A DNA stretch of 64,000 nt from Sphingobacteriales bacterium (GCA_021299635.1 JAJTFA010000001.1:283842-347841); one strand, 5' to 3'. Counted from the stretch's first letter, positions 9,497 through 20,119 are shown. Numbers and translations: made by a program. The notes: generated by a model not told the origin, from the letters alone.

Positions 9497-10564
9497 ATGC
9501 AGGCAGATACAATTAAAAAAGATATTCGCTCTATGTCGCTTGAGGAGCTATCTCAAGCCTTGTTACAGTTAGGGGAGAAGCCATTCCGGGCCAAACAAAT
9601 TTATGAGTGGTTATGGAAGAAATCAGCTTGGTCTTTTGATCAGATGTCAAACCTTTCCGTTGAACTCAGGAAAAATCTTTCAGAAGGGTATTGTATAAAT
9701 CATGTATCGGTTCATGAAAAACAAATTAGCAAAGATGGAACCATTAAAAACAGTCTTCGCCTGTTTGATGGCTATGAGGTAGAGGGTGTGCTAATTCCAA
9801 CTGAAACACGCATGACTGCTTGTGTATCCTCTCAGGTCGGATGCAGTTTAACTTGTAAGTTTTGTGCTACCGGAACGCTTGAGCGTAAACGCAACCTCAA
9901 CGCAGATGAAATTTATGATGAGGTGGTGCTCTTAAGCAGGCAGGCAGAGCAATATTATCAGAAGCCACTTACCAATATTGTATTTATGGGAATGGGTGAA
10001 CCGCTGCTCAATTACCGCAATGTATTGCTTGCTATTGATAAGATTACCGGAACGCATGGTTTGAATATGGCCACCGACAGAATAACCGTTAGTACCGCAG
10101 GCATTGCTAAAATGATAAAACAATTGGGCGATGATCAGGTAAAGTTTAATCTGGCTTTATCTCTTCATGCAGCTAACGATGAAAAGCGTAATCGCATCAT
10201 GCCAATTAATGAATCAAATAATTTGCATGTTTTGGGTGAAGCACTTGCTTATTTCTATGCCAAAACCAAAAATATGGTAACTTTCGAATATATTGTTTTC
10301 AAGGATTTGAATGATACCATAGCGGATGCAGAGGAGTTATTTCAGTTTTCAAAATATGTTCCTTCAAAAGTTAACCTGATTGAGTATAATTCTATAGATG
10401 GGGGAGAGTTTCAAAATACCTCAGGTAACAAACTCCACCGTTTCAAGGCTTACCTGGAAGATAAGGGCCTTACGGCCACCATCAGAAGAAGCAGAGGTAA
10501 GGATATTGATGCCGCCTGCGGGCAACTGGCAAACAAGAAGAATAAAGATGCGATTTTAAACTAA
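9497..10564 (+). CDS. rlmN: 23S rRNA/tRNA m2A methyltransferase RlmN (radical SAM)
   Basis: CVSSQVGCSLTCKFC, MGMGEPL, DIDAACGQL. Confidence 0.96.
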   Translation: MQADTIKKDIRSMSLEELSQALLQLGEKPFRAKQIYEWLWKKSAWSFDQMSNLSVELRKNLSEGYCINHVSVHEKQISKDGTIKNSLRLFDGYEVEGVLIPTETRMTACVSSQVGCSLTCKFCATGTLERKRNLNADEIYDEVVLLSRQAEQYYQKPLTNIVFMGMGEPLLNYRNVLLAIDKITGTHGLNMATDRITVSTAGIAKMIKQLGDDQVKFNLALSLHAANDEKRNRIMPINESNNLHVLGEALAYFYAKTKNMVTFEYIVFKDLNDTIADAEELFQFSKYVPSKVNLIEYNSIDGGEFQNTSGNKLHRFKAYLEDKGLTATIRRSRGKDIDAACGQLANKKNKDAILN

Positions 10565-10640
10565 TCAATATCAGTTTTTAAGATGATACAGGTCATAATT
10601 TAATATAGTCCACACATCCAAATTTGTATCTCTAAAATTT

Positions 10641-11090
10641 ATGGAGGACACAATTATGACACCTAGTAAAAAAGACGTATGGAATTTACCATCACTAAAT
10701 GATCTGTTTGATAACAGCCGTTTTATTTCTGACTTTTTTGGCAAAGCCAACGCAATGAATTTACCTGCAGTAAATATTAAAGAATCAGAAAAGCACTTTG
10801 AAGTTGAGCTGGCTATCCCCGGAATGAAAAAGGAAAACATCAGTATTGAAATGAAGGATGATATGGTTACCATTTCAGGAGAAAGAAAGGAAGAACATGA
10901 AGAGAAAGATGAAAAATACCACCATAGGGAATTTTCTTACGGTTCATTCTCTCGTTCTTTTACCATTCCTGAAGGGGTAGAGGCTGATAAAATCAAAGCC
11001 AATTTTGATAATGGCGTGCTGCATCTTATGATTCCAAAAAATCATCATATTGAAGCAGCTATCAATGCCAAAAAAATAAGTATAGCTTAA
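10641..11090 (+). CDS. Hsp20/alpha-crystallin small heat shock protein
   Basis: PAVNIKE, EFSYGSFSRSF, ANFDNGVL. Confidence 0.93.
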   Translation: MEDTIMTPSKKDVWNLPSLNDLFDNSRFISDFFGKANAMNLPAVNIKESEKHFEVELAIPGMKKENISIEMKDDMVTISGERKEEHEEKDEKYHHREFSYGSFSRSFTIPEGVEADKIKANFDNGVLHLMIPKNHHIEAAINAKKISIA

Positions 11091-11145
11091 CATTGATTTC
11101 AGGTTTTTGTGCTTGATTTGTTCTGTAATAATTATTTTAACCCTT

Positions 11146-11970
11146 ATGATAACTCATATTTTAATTCCTACTGATTTTTCTGCTGTGGCAAATAATGCTT
11201 TGACCTATGCCATTGATCTTGCTAAAAAGACAGGTGCACAAATTCATGTATTGCATGTAAAACATGTTCCGGTTATGGATGCCAGTTTTCCTGCAGAAAC
11301 CTATCAGATTTACTTGGATGAAATTGACAAAGCAGCAAAAATGGGAATGGAAGAACTGGAGAAAAACATTTTAGAAACTTCAGGGGTGAAGTATGATTTG
11401 CAAACCGTTATGGGTTTTGTTCATGATGAGTTGCAGCATTTTGTTAAGAGACATGATATTGATTTGATTGTGATGGGAACAACCGGTGCTAGTGGATTGC
11501 AAGAGATATTTATTGGAAGCAACGCAGCTTCTGTGGTTTCAAAATCTGAAGTCCCGGTAATGGTGATACCGCATTTAGCCAAGCCTTCAGATTTCAAGCA
11601 TCTGTTATATGCATCGGATTATAACGAGCCTGAGTTTCCTGCAGTTTCACGTCTTATCTATTTTGCAGATTTATTTCATTCCAAAATTACGGTATTGCAT
11701 GTTAAAACGGAGTATGATTTTTATATGAATTCGGAGCGAAACTTCTTTAAAAGAAACAAAGACAACATAAGCCACCACGATATCACAGTGGTGAACATGG
11801 ATAAAGTAGAGACAACGGATGCCATTAATCAATTAATAGATGAAAAACAGGTGGATTTGCTGGTGCTTGCCAAACATAACCGCAGCTGGTTCGACAGATT
11901 GTTTCACCGCAGTTTTAGCAAGAGAATGGCTTTTCATACCAAAATTCCTTTGTTGGTACTGAATAAGTAG
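11146..11970 (+). CDS. Universal stress protein (tandem Usp domains)
   Basis: ILIPTDFS, DLIVMGTTGASG..IGSNA, PLLVL. Confidence 0.92.
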   Translation: MITHILIPTDFSAVANNALTYAIDLAKKTGAQIHVLHVKHVPVMDASFPAETYQIYLDEIDKAAKMGMEELEKNILETSGVKYDLQTVMGFVHDELQHFVKRHDIDLIVMGTTGASGLQEIFIGSNAASVVSKSEVPVMVIPHLAKPSDFKHLLYASDYNEPEFPAVSRLIYFADLFHSKITVLHVKTEYDFYMNSERNFFKRNKDNISHHDITVVNMDKVETTDAINQLIDEKQVDLLVLAKHNRSWFDRLFHRSFSKRMAFHTKIPLLVLNK

Positions 11971-11996
11971 ATGGTAATAGTTATAAGGGTTAAAGG

Positions 11997-12040
11997 AAAG
12001 GGCTGCATTACATCCGGTGTTGCAGCCCTTTAATTTTTTT
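11997..12040. terminator. Probable bidirectional intrinsic terminator between the usp and nfuA-like genes
   Basis: AAAGGGCTGCA...TGCAGCCCTTT stem followed by a T-rich tract. Confidence 0.6.
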
Positions 12041-12070
12041 AATAGGTCAGGATTCGTTTTAAGAAATTGA

Positions 12071-12646
12071 TTAGGCGCCTTGAGCAACCACTTCCTTTAC
12101 CTCAGGAATCATGCGGGTAAGCATGCCTTCTATTCCTCGTTTTAGGGTGATTGTAGAAGATGGACAGCCACTGCATGAGCCTCTTAATTCAACTGTAACA
12201 ATTCCGTTTTCAAAATCTTTAAAAACGATTTGTCCGCCATCTGTTTCAACAGCTGGTTTTACATAGGTATCTAATATTTCCTGAATTTTGGATACGATAT
12301 CATTATCTGCACCGAAATCGGTTTTAGCTGTGCTAGCTGCTTTGTATATAATGGGCTCACGGGCCGAGACATATGATTTTAAAAACTCTTTTGTGATGGG
12401 AATTATTTCTTCCCATTCAATACCTTCTTTACGGGTAATGGTAACAAAATTGTTCATGATGAAAACCCCATTTACAAAACTGAATTCGAAAAGATTTTTT
12501 GCAAGGGGCGACATGTCTGTACTTCCTTTTGTAGGAAAATCGGCACTGTCATCCGGCAAAATCATTTTGTTGAACACAAACTTCATGGTTTCCGGATTAG
12601 GAGTCGATTCGCTATATACATCAAGAAATTCGTTCACTTCGTTCAT
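12071..12646 (-). CDS. NifU/NfuA-like Fe-S carrier
   Basis: TPNPETMKF N-domain; DGG..GSCSGCPSS C-domain. Confidence 0.92.
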   Translation of the reverse strand: MNEVNEFLDVYSESTPNPETMKFVFNKMILPDDSADFPTKGSTDMSPLAKNLFEFSFVNGVFIMNNFVTITRKEGIEWEEIIPITKEFLKSYVSAREPIIYKAASTAKTDFGADNDIVSKIQEILDTYVKPAVETDGGQIVFKDFENGIVTVELRGSCSGCPSSTITLKRGIEGMLTRMIPEVKEVVAQGA

Positions 12647-12710
12647 AATATTTACAATTGAATCACAAATATAACAACATTATGTGCGTATTGGTTCGGA
12701 GCAATATGTT

Positions 12711-13187
12711 TTACATCAATTTGTTCAGCATGTCCCAGGTGAGGTCGGGCTCAAATCCTTTGGCTATTAGGTAGCGTGAGGCTTTTAGTTTCTTTACCCT
12801 GCTATCTTTGTCTTTGCTGTCTTTTAATTTTTTTCTTACTTCTGCCTCCAGTACTTTCAAATAATCATCACCATCAATTTCAAGCATGGCTTTGGCTAAA
12901 CAATAGTCAGAAATTTCACGTTGGCGCAATTCAATTTTAATTTTGTTCCTTCCCCATTGCTTGGTTCTGAATTTACCACCGGCAAAGGCTCTGGCAAAAC
13001 GTTCTTCATTCAGGTAGTTTTGCTCAATAAGCTGCAATACAATGTTTTCGGCCTCTTTGCCCCATAAGCCCCATTCAGCCAGTTTGGCTCTTACCTCTTT
13101 CTGGCATCTTTCCTGGTAGGCACAATAATGTGCTGCCTTAAGCAATGCTTGAGAAGGGGTAAGTGATTGTGTTTTATCGCGCTTCAT
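12711..13187 (-). CDS. recX: Regulatory protein RecX
   Basis: YCAYQERC, YLNEERFA, WGRNKI, KGF; start taken at ATG 13187. Confidence 0.88.
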   Translation of the reverse strand: MKRDKTQSLTPSQALLKAAHYCAYQERCQKEVRAKLAEWGLWGKEAENIVLQLIEQNYLNEERFARAFAGGKFRTKQWGRNKIKIELRQREISDYCLAKAMLEIDGDDYLKVLEAEVRKKLKDSKDKDSRVKKLKASRYLIAKGFEPDLTWDMLNKLM

Positions 13188-13261
13188 ATATGTGGAGAAA
13201 GAATTATGCTTTACTTGCTTGCACGCCCGCAAATGTAAAACTACTTTAGCAGCAATAACAA

Positions 13262-14530
13262 ATGAATCAGCATTCAAACCGGCACGCATTATGGCTGCTT
13301 TATACGGCTAACGGCATCAGTGGTTTTGCTCAAGGGGTAAGCATGCTTGCGATTCCTTGGTATTTTGCACGTAGTGGTGAAATGAGTTATTATAATACCT
13401 GCTACGGTATTATAACTTTTTTGGTATTATTCTTTGGCCTGTATGCGGGTACACTCGTTGATAAATACAGTCGGAAAGATAATTTTCTTGTAAGTAATCT
13501 GGTTGCCGGATTTGTTTTATTAGCCATTTCTGCAATTGGATTTTATTCAGGCAATTTGCCTGATATACTGGTAATTTCAGTGTTTGCCATCACGATGCTT
13601 AGTTACAATATTCACTATCCAACATTATATGCTTTTGGGCAGGAAATTACTGAGCCGGCCTATTATCATCGCCTCAATTCCAATATTGAAATTGTGGGTC
13701 AAAGCACCTCTGTTTTAAGCGGAGCCTTTGCAGCCATTTTGTTAGAAGGCGTGGCTGTCGGTGATACCCGTTTATTTGGGCTCAATGTGTGCATGCCGTT
13801 TGCTATTCCTGAATGGAATATTTGGGAGATTTTTGTAATGGATGCCATTACTTATTTTATTTCGGCCATGTTGATTTATTTTATCAGATACACGCCCAAT
13901 CCTGCCTTGCATAAGCAGGTTGATACTATTTCACAACGGGTTAAAGCAGGCTTTGTGTATTTGAAACAACATACAGCATTTCTTATTTTTGGCATATTCA
14001 GCTATGCAGTTTTTGCCATGCTTATTGTAGAGATTTTTTCTTTACTGCCGGCATATGTAGAAACGCACTTGCATGAGCAGGGTAGTGTTTTTGCTATGGC
14101 TGATGGTATTTATGCCTTTGGTGCTCTGGGTGCAGGCTTATTTGTAAATAAAGTTTTTGCCTCAACCAATAAGGTAAAGGCAGTGATAATACTAACACTT
14201 GTTACAGCTGCTATTTTCTTCTGGATGTTTACAAGTAAAGCCGTTTGGGTTGTTTATATTGTCTCACTTATTTTAGGGTTTACCAATGCCGGAATTAGGG
14301 TGCTGCGTTTAACCTATTTGTTTAATCACGTCCCCAATGAATTAATGGGACGCGTTAACAGTATTTTTAATATGGTAAACGTACTTACGCGTGCCGGGTT
14401 TATATTTCTCTTTTCCACTTCATTTTTTACCTTTGGCAATCATGTGATTTGGGCCTACTTTGTGATGTCAATATTTTTGCTCATTTCTGCATTGGTATTA
14501 ATTTTTAATTACAATAAAATCAACAACTAA
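13262..14530 (+). CDS. MFS transporter
   Basis: Multiple hydrophobic segments, GTLVDKYSRK motif A, LMGRVNS. Confidence 0.85.
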   Translation: MNQHSNRHALWLLYTANGISGFAQGVSMLAIPWYFARSGEMSYYNTCYGIITFLVLFFGLYAGTLVDKYSRKDNFLVSNLVAGFVLLAISAIGFYSGNLPDILVISVFAITMLSYNIHYPTLYAFGQEITEPAYYHRLNSNIEIVGQSTSVLSGAFAAILLEGVAVGDTRLFGLNVCMPFAIPEWNIWEIFVMDAITYFISAMLIYFIRYTPNPALHKQVDTISQRVKAGFVYLKQHTAFLIFGIFSYAVFAMLIVEIFSLLPAYVETHLHEQGSVFAMADGIYAFGALGAGLFVNKVFASTNKVKAVIILTLVTAAIFFWMFTSKAVWVVYIVSLILGFTNAGIRVLRLTYLFNHVPNELMGRVNSIFNMVNVLTRAGFIFLFSTSFFTFGNHVIWAYFVMSIFLLISALVLIFNYNKINN

Positions 14531-14544
14531 TCGGTCTGCTAACT

Positions 14545-17019
14545 ATGTCATACGCCATACAGGAAATTGCTGAAATTGTTCAAGGCAAATTGGTGCATCA
14601 GGCTGCAGGTTTAGGCATTGCCGATAGGGTTGAGCATCTGCTCATTGATTCGCGCAAGGTTGTTTATCCTGAAACTTCTTTGTTTGTTGCCATAAAGGGC
14701 GAACGAAATGATGGTCATGCATATCTTAAAGATGTGTATGATAGCGGGGTGCGTAATTTTATGCTACAGCAATTTACTGCAGATGCATTACCGGCCGATG
14801 TAAATATTATCTTAGTGCCTGATGCACTGCATGCCTTGCAGACATTGGCAGGTTATCACCGCAAACACTTTGCCTATCCTGTGGTTGGTATCACGGGTAG
14901 CAACGGCAAAACCATCGTGAAGGAATGGCTTTATCAACTCCTTAAAGATGATGTAAATGTGGTGCGTAACCCTAAAAGTTATAACTCACAGGTTGGTGTG
15001 CCGCTATCTGTATGGCAAATGCAGGGTTACCATCAATTGGGTGTTTTTGAAGCCGGAATTTCTATAAAAGGAGAAATGGGCAAGCTAGAGCAGATGATTA
15101 AGCCCGATATTGGTATTTTTACCTATCTAGGTTCAGCACACGATGAGGGCTTTTATTCACGCAAGGAAAAATTACATGAAAAGCTGCAGCTATTTAAAGC
15201 TGCCGGTTTACTTATATATAGTAGAGATTATGAAGACGTAGAGGAGGGTGTTATTCAGTTTTTGCCAAGGCACCCTAATCTTAAAACTTTTACGTGGAGT
15301 CTTTCTGGTATTGCTGCAGATTGTAATTTTCAGGCGGAAATCAAATCAGGACAAACTCAAATCAAATGGCGCAGGGGCTCACACGTGCTTAGCATAAGCA
15401 TTCCTTTCACCGATGAAGCATCCATTAACAATGCTTGCTCTTGTTTTGCTTTTCTTGCCGCTGTAAACAGACTATCTACCGATGTGCTGAAACGTTTTGA
15501 AGCCTTGCAGGCCATAGAAATGCGTTTGCAGCTCAAAGAAGGAAATAATAATTGTATACTGATTAACGATAGCTACAACGCTGATATCAATGCCTTGCAA
15601 ATTGCACTCGATTTTATGGAGCAACAAAGTGCAGGCTACCAAAAAACAGTGATTTTATCCGATATTTTGCAAAGTGGTGTATCAGAAAGTGATTTGTATA
15701 AACAGGTTGCCGCATTGCTGAGGCATAAGAATGTGTCCCGCATTATTTGTATTGGTCCGGTTATGTGCCGCAATAAGCAAGTTTTTGATGCACATACGCA
15801 GTTTTATGAATCAACTGCACAATTTATTCAGCATTTTAAAAGTTTAGATTATCTGCATCAGATTATTTTAATTAAAGGTGCACGTGAATTCCGCTTCGAG
15901 AAAATAAGTTCATTGCTTGAAAAACGTATTCATGAAACCATTTTTGAAGTAAACCTAAACGCCTTGGTACATAACCTTAATGTTTATCGCAAGCATATTG
16001 CCCCGCAGGTAAAGCTAATGGGTATGGTTAAGGCATACAGCTATGGTGCGGGTAGCTATGAGATAGCAAAGGTACTTGAGTTTAACAGGGTTGATTATTT
16101 AACTGTTGCGTATGCAGATGAAGGCGTTGTATTGCGCAAGGCCGGTATAAAATTACCCATCATGGTTATGAATCCTGAAGCATCTGCCTTCGATCAGATT
16201 CTGAAACATAACCTTGAACCAGAGATTTATAATTTTCATATACTCGATCAGTTAATTAATGCTTGTGATGGGGAAGAAACAGGTATTCATATTGAGTTGG
16301 ATTGTGGCATGAAACGTTTGGGTTTTGATGAGGATAAGCTGGACTTGCTGATTGATACATTAAAGCAAAATCCTAACATCAGGGTTCGAAGTGTTTTTGC
16401 CCATCTTGCCGCTAGTGAAGAAAAAAAGCATGATGAGTTTACACATGAGCAAATTTACCGTTTCAATCAAATGAGCAATCAATTAATGGCTGCTTTTGAT
16501 TATCCGGTTCTACGCCATATCTTAAATAGCAGCGGCATTGTTCGTTTCCCTGATGCACAATTCGATATGGTGAGGCTAGGAATTGGTTTGTATGGAATAG
16601 ACCCTTCAGGCAACATGCAGAAGGAATTACAGCACATAGGTGTATTGAAAACCGTTATTTCTCAGTTGAGGCAAATACGCTCGCACGAAACGGTTGGATA
16701 CAGCAGAAAAGGAAAAGTAACCCGTGATACTATGATTGCAACTGTTGCCATTGGTTATGCCGATGGGCTTAATAGAAGATTGGGAAATGGCAGGGGCTAT
16801 ATGTTGGTTAACGGTAAACGTGCGCCCATTGTTGGGAGTATTTGTATGGATATGACCATGCTGGATGTAACAGATATTGCATGCAAAGAAGGTGATGAGG
16901 TAATTGTTTTTGGCAAGGAGCCAGGTATTATGGAAATAGCAGATAAAACCGGAACCATTCCTTATGAAGTACTTACTGCCATATCTCAGCGCGTAAAACG
17001 CGTATATTTTTGGGAGTAA
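14545..17019 (+). CDS. alr: Bifunctional MurF-like ligase / alanine racemase
   Basis: GITGSNGKT and NDSYN (Mur ligase); MVKAYSYG, VRLGIGLYG, GYADG, CMD (racemase). Confidence 0.93.
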   Translation: MSYAIQEIAEIVQGKLVHQAAGLGIADRVEHLLIDSRKVVYPETSLFVAIKGERNDGHAYLKDVYDSGVRNFMLQQFTADALPADVNIILVPDALHALQTLAGYHRKHFAYPVVGITGSNGKTIVKEWLYQLLKDDVNVVRNPKSYNSQVGVPLSVWQMQGYHQLGVFEAGISIKGEMGKLEQMIKPDIGIFTYLGSAHDEGFYSRKEKLHEKLQLFKAAGLLIYSRDYEDVEEGVIQFLPRHPNLKTFTWSLSGIAADCNFQAEIKSGQTQIKWRRGSHVLSISIPFTDEASINNACSCFAFLAAVNRLSTDVLKRFEALQAIEMRLQLKEGNNNCILINDSYNADINALQIALDFMEQQSAGYQKTVILSDILQSGVSESDLYKQVAALLRHKNVSRIICIGPVMCRNKQVFDAHTQFYESTAQFIQHFKSLDYLHQIILIKGAREFRFEKISSLLEKRIHETIFEVNLNALVHNLNVYRKHIAPQVKLMGMVKAYSYGAGSYEIAKVLEFNRVDYLTVAYADEGVVLRKAGIKLPIMVMNPEASAFDQILKHNLEPEIYNFHILDQLINACDGEETGIHIELDCGMKRLGFDEDKLDLLIDTLKQNPNIRVRSVFAHLAASEEKKHDEFTHEQIYRFNQMSNQLMAAFDYPVLRHILNSSGIVRFPDAQFDMVRLGIGLYGIDPSGNMQKELQHIGVLKTVISQLRQIRSHETVGYSRKGKVTRDTMIATVAIGYADGLNRRLGNGRGYMLVNGKRAPIVGSICMDMTMLDVTDIACKEGDEVIVFGKEPGIMEIADKTGTIPYEVLTAISQRVKRVYFWE

Positions 17020-17065
17020 TTTGTTCGAGTTTCAATAATATCACTCCGTTTGTACATTCGCTGTA

Positions 17066-17448
17066 TTTCTAATTTGAATGTTTCTAACTACTAAAGTTTT
17101 ATCACCAAGGCACTGAGAGTAAGTCGAAGGATGAAGGACCGCTGCATTGAAAGAGAAAGAATAAAGCCGTGAGAAACGAGAAGTGAGGATCGAGCGAATA
17201 AAATCTAAGCCTTTCTAATTTCTAACTTCTAATTTTCTTAACTACAAAGACTGCTTTGTTGAAACTCATCATCACATTGACACATTATTACATCAACTCA
17301 TTATTACATTAATAAGATTTTACTCTTCTAATTTCTAATCTCCAACAACCAAAAGCCAAAGGCTAAAAGCTGAACATTCAATGTTAAGTTAAAAAGGCTT
17401 CGAATATCGAACGCTAAATATCGAATATTTAATAATGAATGTCGAATG
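17066..17448. repeat. Mosaic of degenerate 7-8 bp tandem repeats in a convergent intergenic region
   Basis: TTTCTAA, GTGAGAA, CACATTAT, CCAAAAG and TCGAATA tracts visible. Confidence 0.75.
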
Positions 17449-17494
17449 TGGAAGTAGGGAGGATAACTTTAGATATTAGAACTGTAATAATCTC

Positions 17495-18514
17495 TCAATT
17501 TTTGAATCCTTCGATCCTTGCATCCATCAAACTAAACCATAAAGGCGGTATGGCAGCAACAAAAAACAACCCTGCATAACCGCTGGGAAGTTCAGGACTT
17601 TTTTCATAGCTCAATAATGTATGGTAAGGTTTAGAAGCATGGTAATGATGATCAGCATGGCGGCTTAAATCAATAAGCAGAAACCGACTTACAGGAATAT
17701 CACTTTGCCAACTATGCAATTCTGTTACTCTTTCTTTCTCATCACGACTCAAGCCATAATGCTCTATATAATTTACATACTCAAGCAGAAAGTTAGCTAC
17801 TACACAATGTAAAACAAAGCCAAGCAATGCAATGTAGCCAAGCAAGTACCAGATTAGCACATCAAGCAACAGATGCAATACAACCTGTCTCACTACATAA
17901 TGATTTAAACTCCAAATTGATTTACCTGCTTTTCTTAAGCGTTCACTTTCCAGTTGCCAAGCACCTTTAATCTGACCCATGCCACTGCTTAAAAAGAACG
18001 AATATAAGTTCTGGCCTTTTCTGGCTGTAGCCGAATCTTTTGATGTGCCAACCCATTTATGATGCACGCGCAGATGCTCTATAAAAAAGTAAAAATTGCC
18101 TGCGGTAAAAAGTAGCCATCTTCCAAAAAATTGCAGGTGTCTTTCTTTGCGATGAATGAGCTCATGTGCAACTACAATGGCAGCAGAGCCGGTATTTACA
18201 CCCATACTGATTGCAGCAGCCCAAATCCAGTAACCCTGCAGGATATTGCTGTATATGCCATAAAAATAGCTTGCTAGGCACAATGCCTGAAGTGGTAAAT
18301 GCAGATACAGGATAAATGCAGGAAGTGCATCATCCTTTTCGCTATGGTTATTCTGTTTATTAGGTCTTAGGAGCCATTCAGCTGCACCAAGCACAACAAG
18401 CGAATAAATGAAATTAAGTATGCTATACCAACCGCCCTGAAGGTTTCCTAAAATAACGGCAAGGCCGGGAGTGAGGCTAAGCAGGTAAGCAAAGTTTCTG
18501 ATTTTCGTTCTCAT
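17495..18514 (-). CDS. alkB: Alkane 1-monooxygenase (AlkB-like membrane di-iron enzyme)
   Basis: His boxes HELIH, EHLRVHH, NYIEHYG, LSRHADHH. Confidence 0.88.
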   Translation of the reverse strand: MRTKIRNFAYLLSLTPGLAVILGNLQGGWYSILNFIYSLVVLGAAEWLLRPNKQNNHSEKDDALPAFILYLHLPLQALCLASYFYGIYSNILQGYWIWAAAISMGVNTGSAAIVVAHELIHRKERHLQFFGRWLLFTAGNFYFFIEHLRVHHKWVGTSKDSATARKGQNLYSFFLSSGMGQIKGAWQLESERLRKAGKSIWSLNHYVVRQVVLHLLLDVLIWYLLGYIALLGFVLHCVVANFLLEYVNYIEHYGLSRDEKERVTELHSWQSDIPVSRFLLIDLSRHADHHYHASKPYHTLLSYEKSPELPSGYAGLFFVAAIPPLWFSLMDARIEGFKN

Positions 18515-18604
18515 TGTTTATCAAAGTAAATGAAGCTTTTTTATAAAACAACAAATTACTTTATCTTATTCCTTTTGGAACCAGATTATAGCTTAGATAA
18601 AATT

Positions 18605-20107
18605 TTACCAGATGGTACTGCATTGGTTTAAAAAACGGAAGGATAGTTCCAAATCTTCATACAAGGCTCTATCTACTTTTATAAACGGAACTGTCTTCCT
18701 GTAATTTGCAACCAACTTTTCAAGATGAGGTGAGGTTTTATGTGGCCTTCTGAATTCCAGTGCTTGTGTGGCATTAAGCAGTTCAATTGCTAAAATACGT
18801 TGCACATTATTTAACACTTTATAGCATTTTGTTGCTGCATTGGCTCCCATACTTACATGATCTTCTTGTCCGTTGCTGCTCACAATACTGTCTACTGATG
18901 CGGGTGTGCACAATTGTTTATTCTGACTAACAATAGAAGCAGCTGTATATTGCGGTATCATTAAGCCTGAATTTAAACCTGGGTTCGAAACCAAAAATGC
19001 AGGCAATCCTCTTTGCCCTGATATGAGTTGATAGGTTCTGCGTTCTGAGATATTGCCCAACTCTGCGCAGGCTATGGCTAGATAGTCCAAACAAAGGGCC
19101 AATGGTTGGCCATGAAAGTTTCCACCGGAAAGAATTAAATCATGGTTGGGAAATACATTTGGATTATCGGTAACTGAATTGATTTCTATTAGCACTACCT
19201 GCTGCGCAAATTCAATGGTATCTTTACTTGCACCATGTACCTGTGGTATGCAACGAAATGCATACGGGTCCTGTACCTGTGTTTTGGGCTTTGCAGCTAT
19301 TTCACTATCTTGTAGGCAAGCCAGTATTTCTTGTGCTGTATGAACCTGTCCTTTGTGGTGTCTGATCATATGCAAAGCCGGATGAAAAGGGTCCAGTCGG
19401 CAATCAAATGCATCTAGTGATAAAGCAGCAATTTTATCCGCAAAAGCAGCAAGTTTATTAGCACGCATAACGCACCACAGTGCATACGCAGCCATAAATT
19501 GTGTGCCGTTTATTAATGCAAGACCTTCCTTTGATTTAAGTGCAATGGGTGTTAGTTGGTGCCGTTTTAGCAGCAGGTCGGCAGGAACTTTTTTCCATTC
19601 GCCTTCTTGGAGGTTCCACACTTCACCCAATCCAAGCAAGGGTAAACACAAGTGCGCCAGTGGAGCCAAATCTCCGCTTGCACCAAGAGAGCCTTGCTCA
19701 TATACCACAGGCAAAATATCTAGATTAAAAAAATCAACCAAACGCTCTACTGTTTGCAACTGAACCGCACTATGCCCATAGGCCAGTGATTGAATTTTAA
19801 GCAGCAGCATCAGTTTAACTATTTCTCTGGGAGAAGTATCACCGGTTCCGCAGGCATGTGAAAGCAACAAGTTTTTTTGTAATTGCTCCAAATCTTCTGC
19901 ACCAATTTTGGTGTGATGCAATGCCCCAAATCCTGTATTGATTCCATAAACGGGCTCACTGCTTGAGACCATTTTATCATCCAGATATTTGCGACAAGCA
20001 TTAATTTTTTCCTTAGCATCCGATGATAGGCGAATCTGTTTATTGTCTTTCAGGATATGTGCAATATCATGAAATGAAAGTTGATGGTGTATCTCAAAAG
20101 TGTTCAT
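18605..20107 (-). CDS. hutH: Histidine ammonia-lyase
   Basis: YGINTGFG, GSLGASGDLAPL (MIO), GGNFHG, QEDHVSMG. Confidence 0.95.
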   Translation of the reverse strand: MNTFEIHHQLSFHDIAHILKDNKQIRLSSDAKEKINACRKYLDDKMVSSSEPVYGINTGFGALHHTKIGAEDLEQLQKNLLLSHACGTGDTSPREIVKLMLLLKIQSLAYGHSAVQLQTVERLVDFFNLDILPVVYEQGSLGASGDLAPLAHLCLPLLGLGEVWNLQEGEWKKVPADLLLKRHQLTPIALKSKEGLALINGTQFMAAYALWCVMRANKLAAFADKIAALSLDAFDCRLDPFHPALHMIRHHKGQVHTAQEILACLQDSEIAAKPKTQVQDPYAFRCIPQVHGASKDTIEFAQQVVLIEINSVTDNPNVFPNHDLILSGGNFHGQPLALCLDYLAIACAELGNISERRTYQLISGQRGLPAFLVSNPGLNSGLMIPQYTAASIVSQNKQLCTPASVDSIVSSNGQEDHVSMGANAATKCYKVLNNVQRILAIELLNATQALEFRRPHKTSPHLEKLVANYRKTVPFIKVDRALYEDLELSFRFLNQCSTIW

Positions 20108-20119
20108 ATAAGTAATGCC

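Noticed and set aside
14545..17019. MurF-Alr fusion as a novelty
   Set aside because: Well-known, common arrangement in Bacteroidota.
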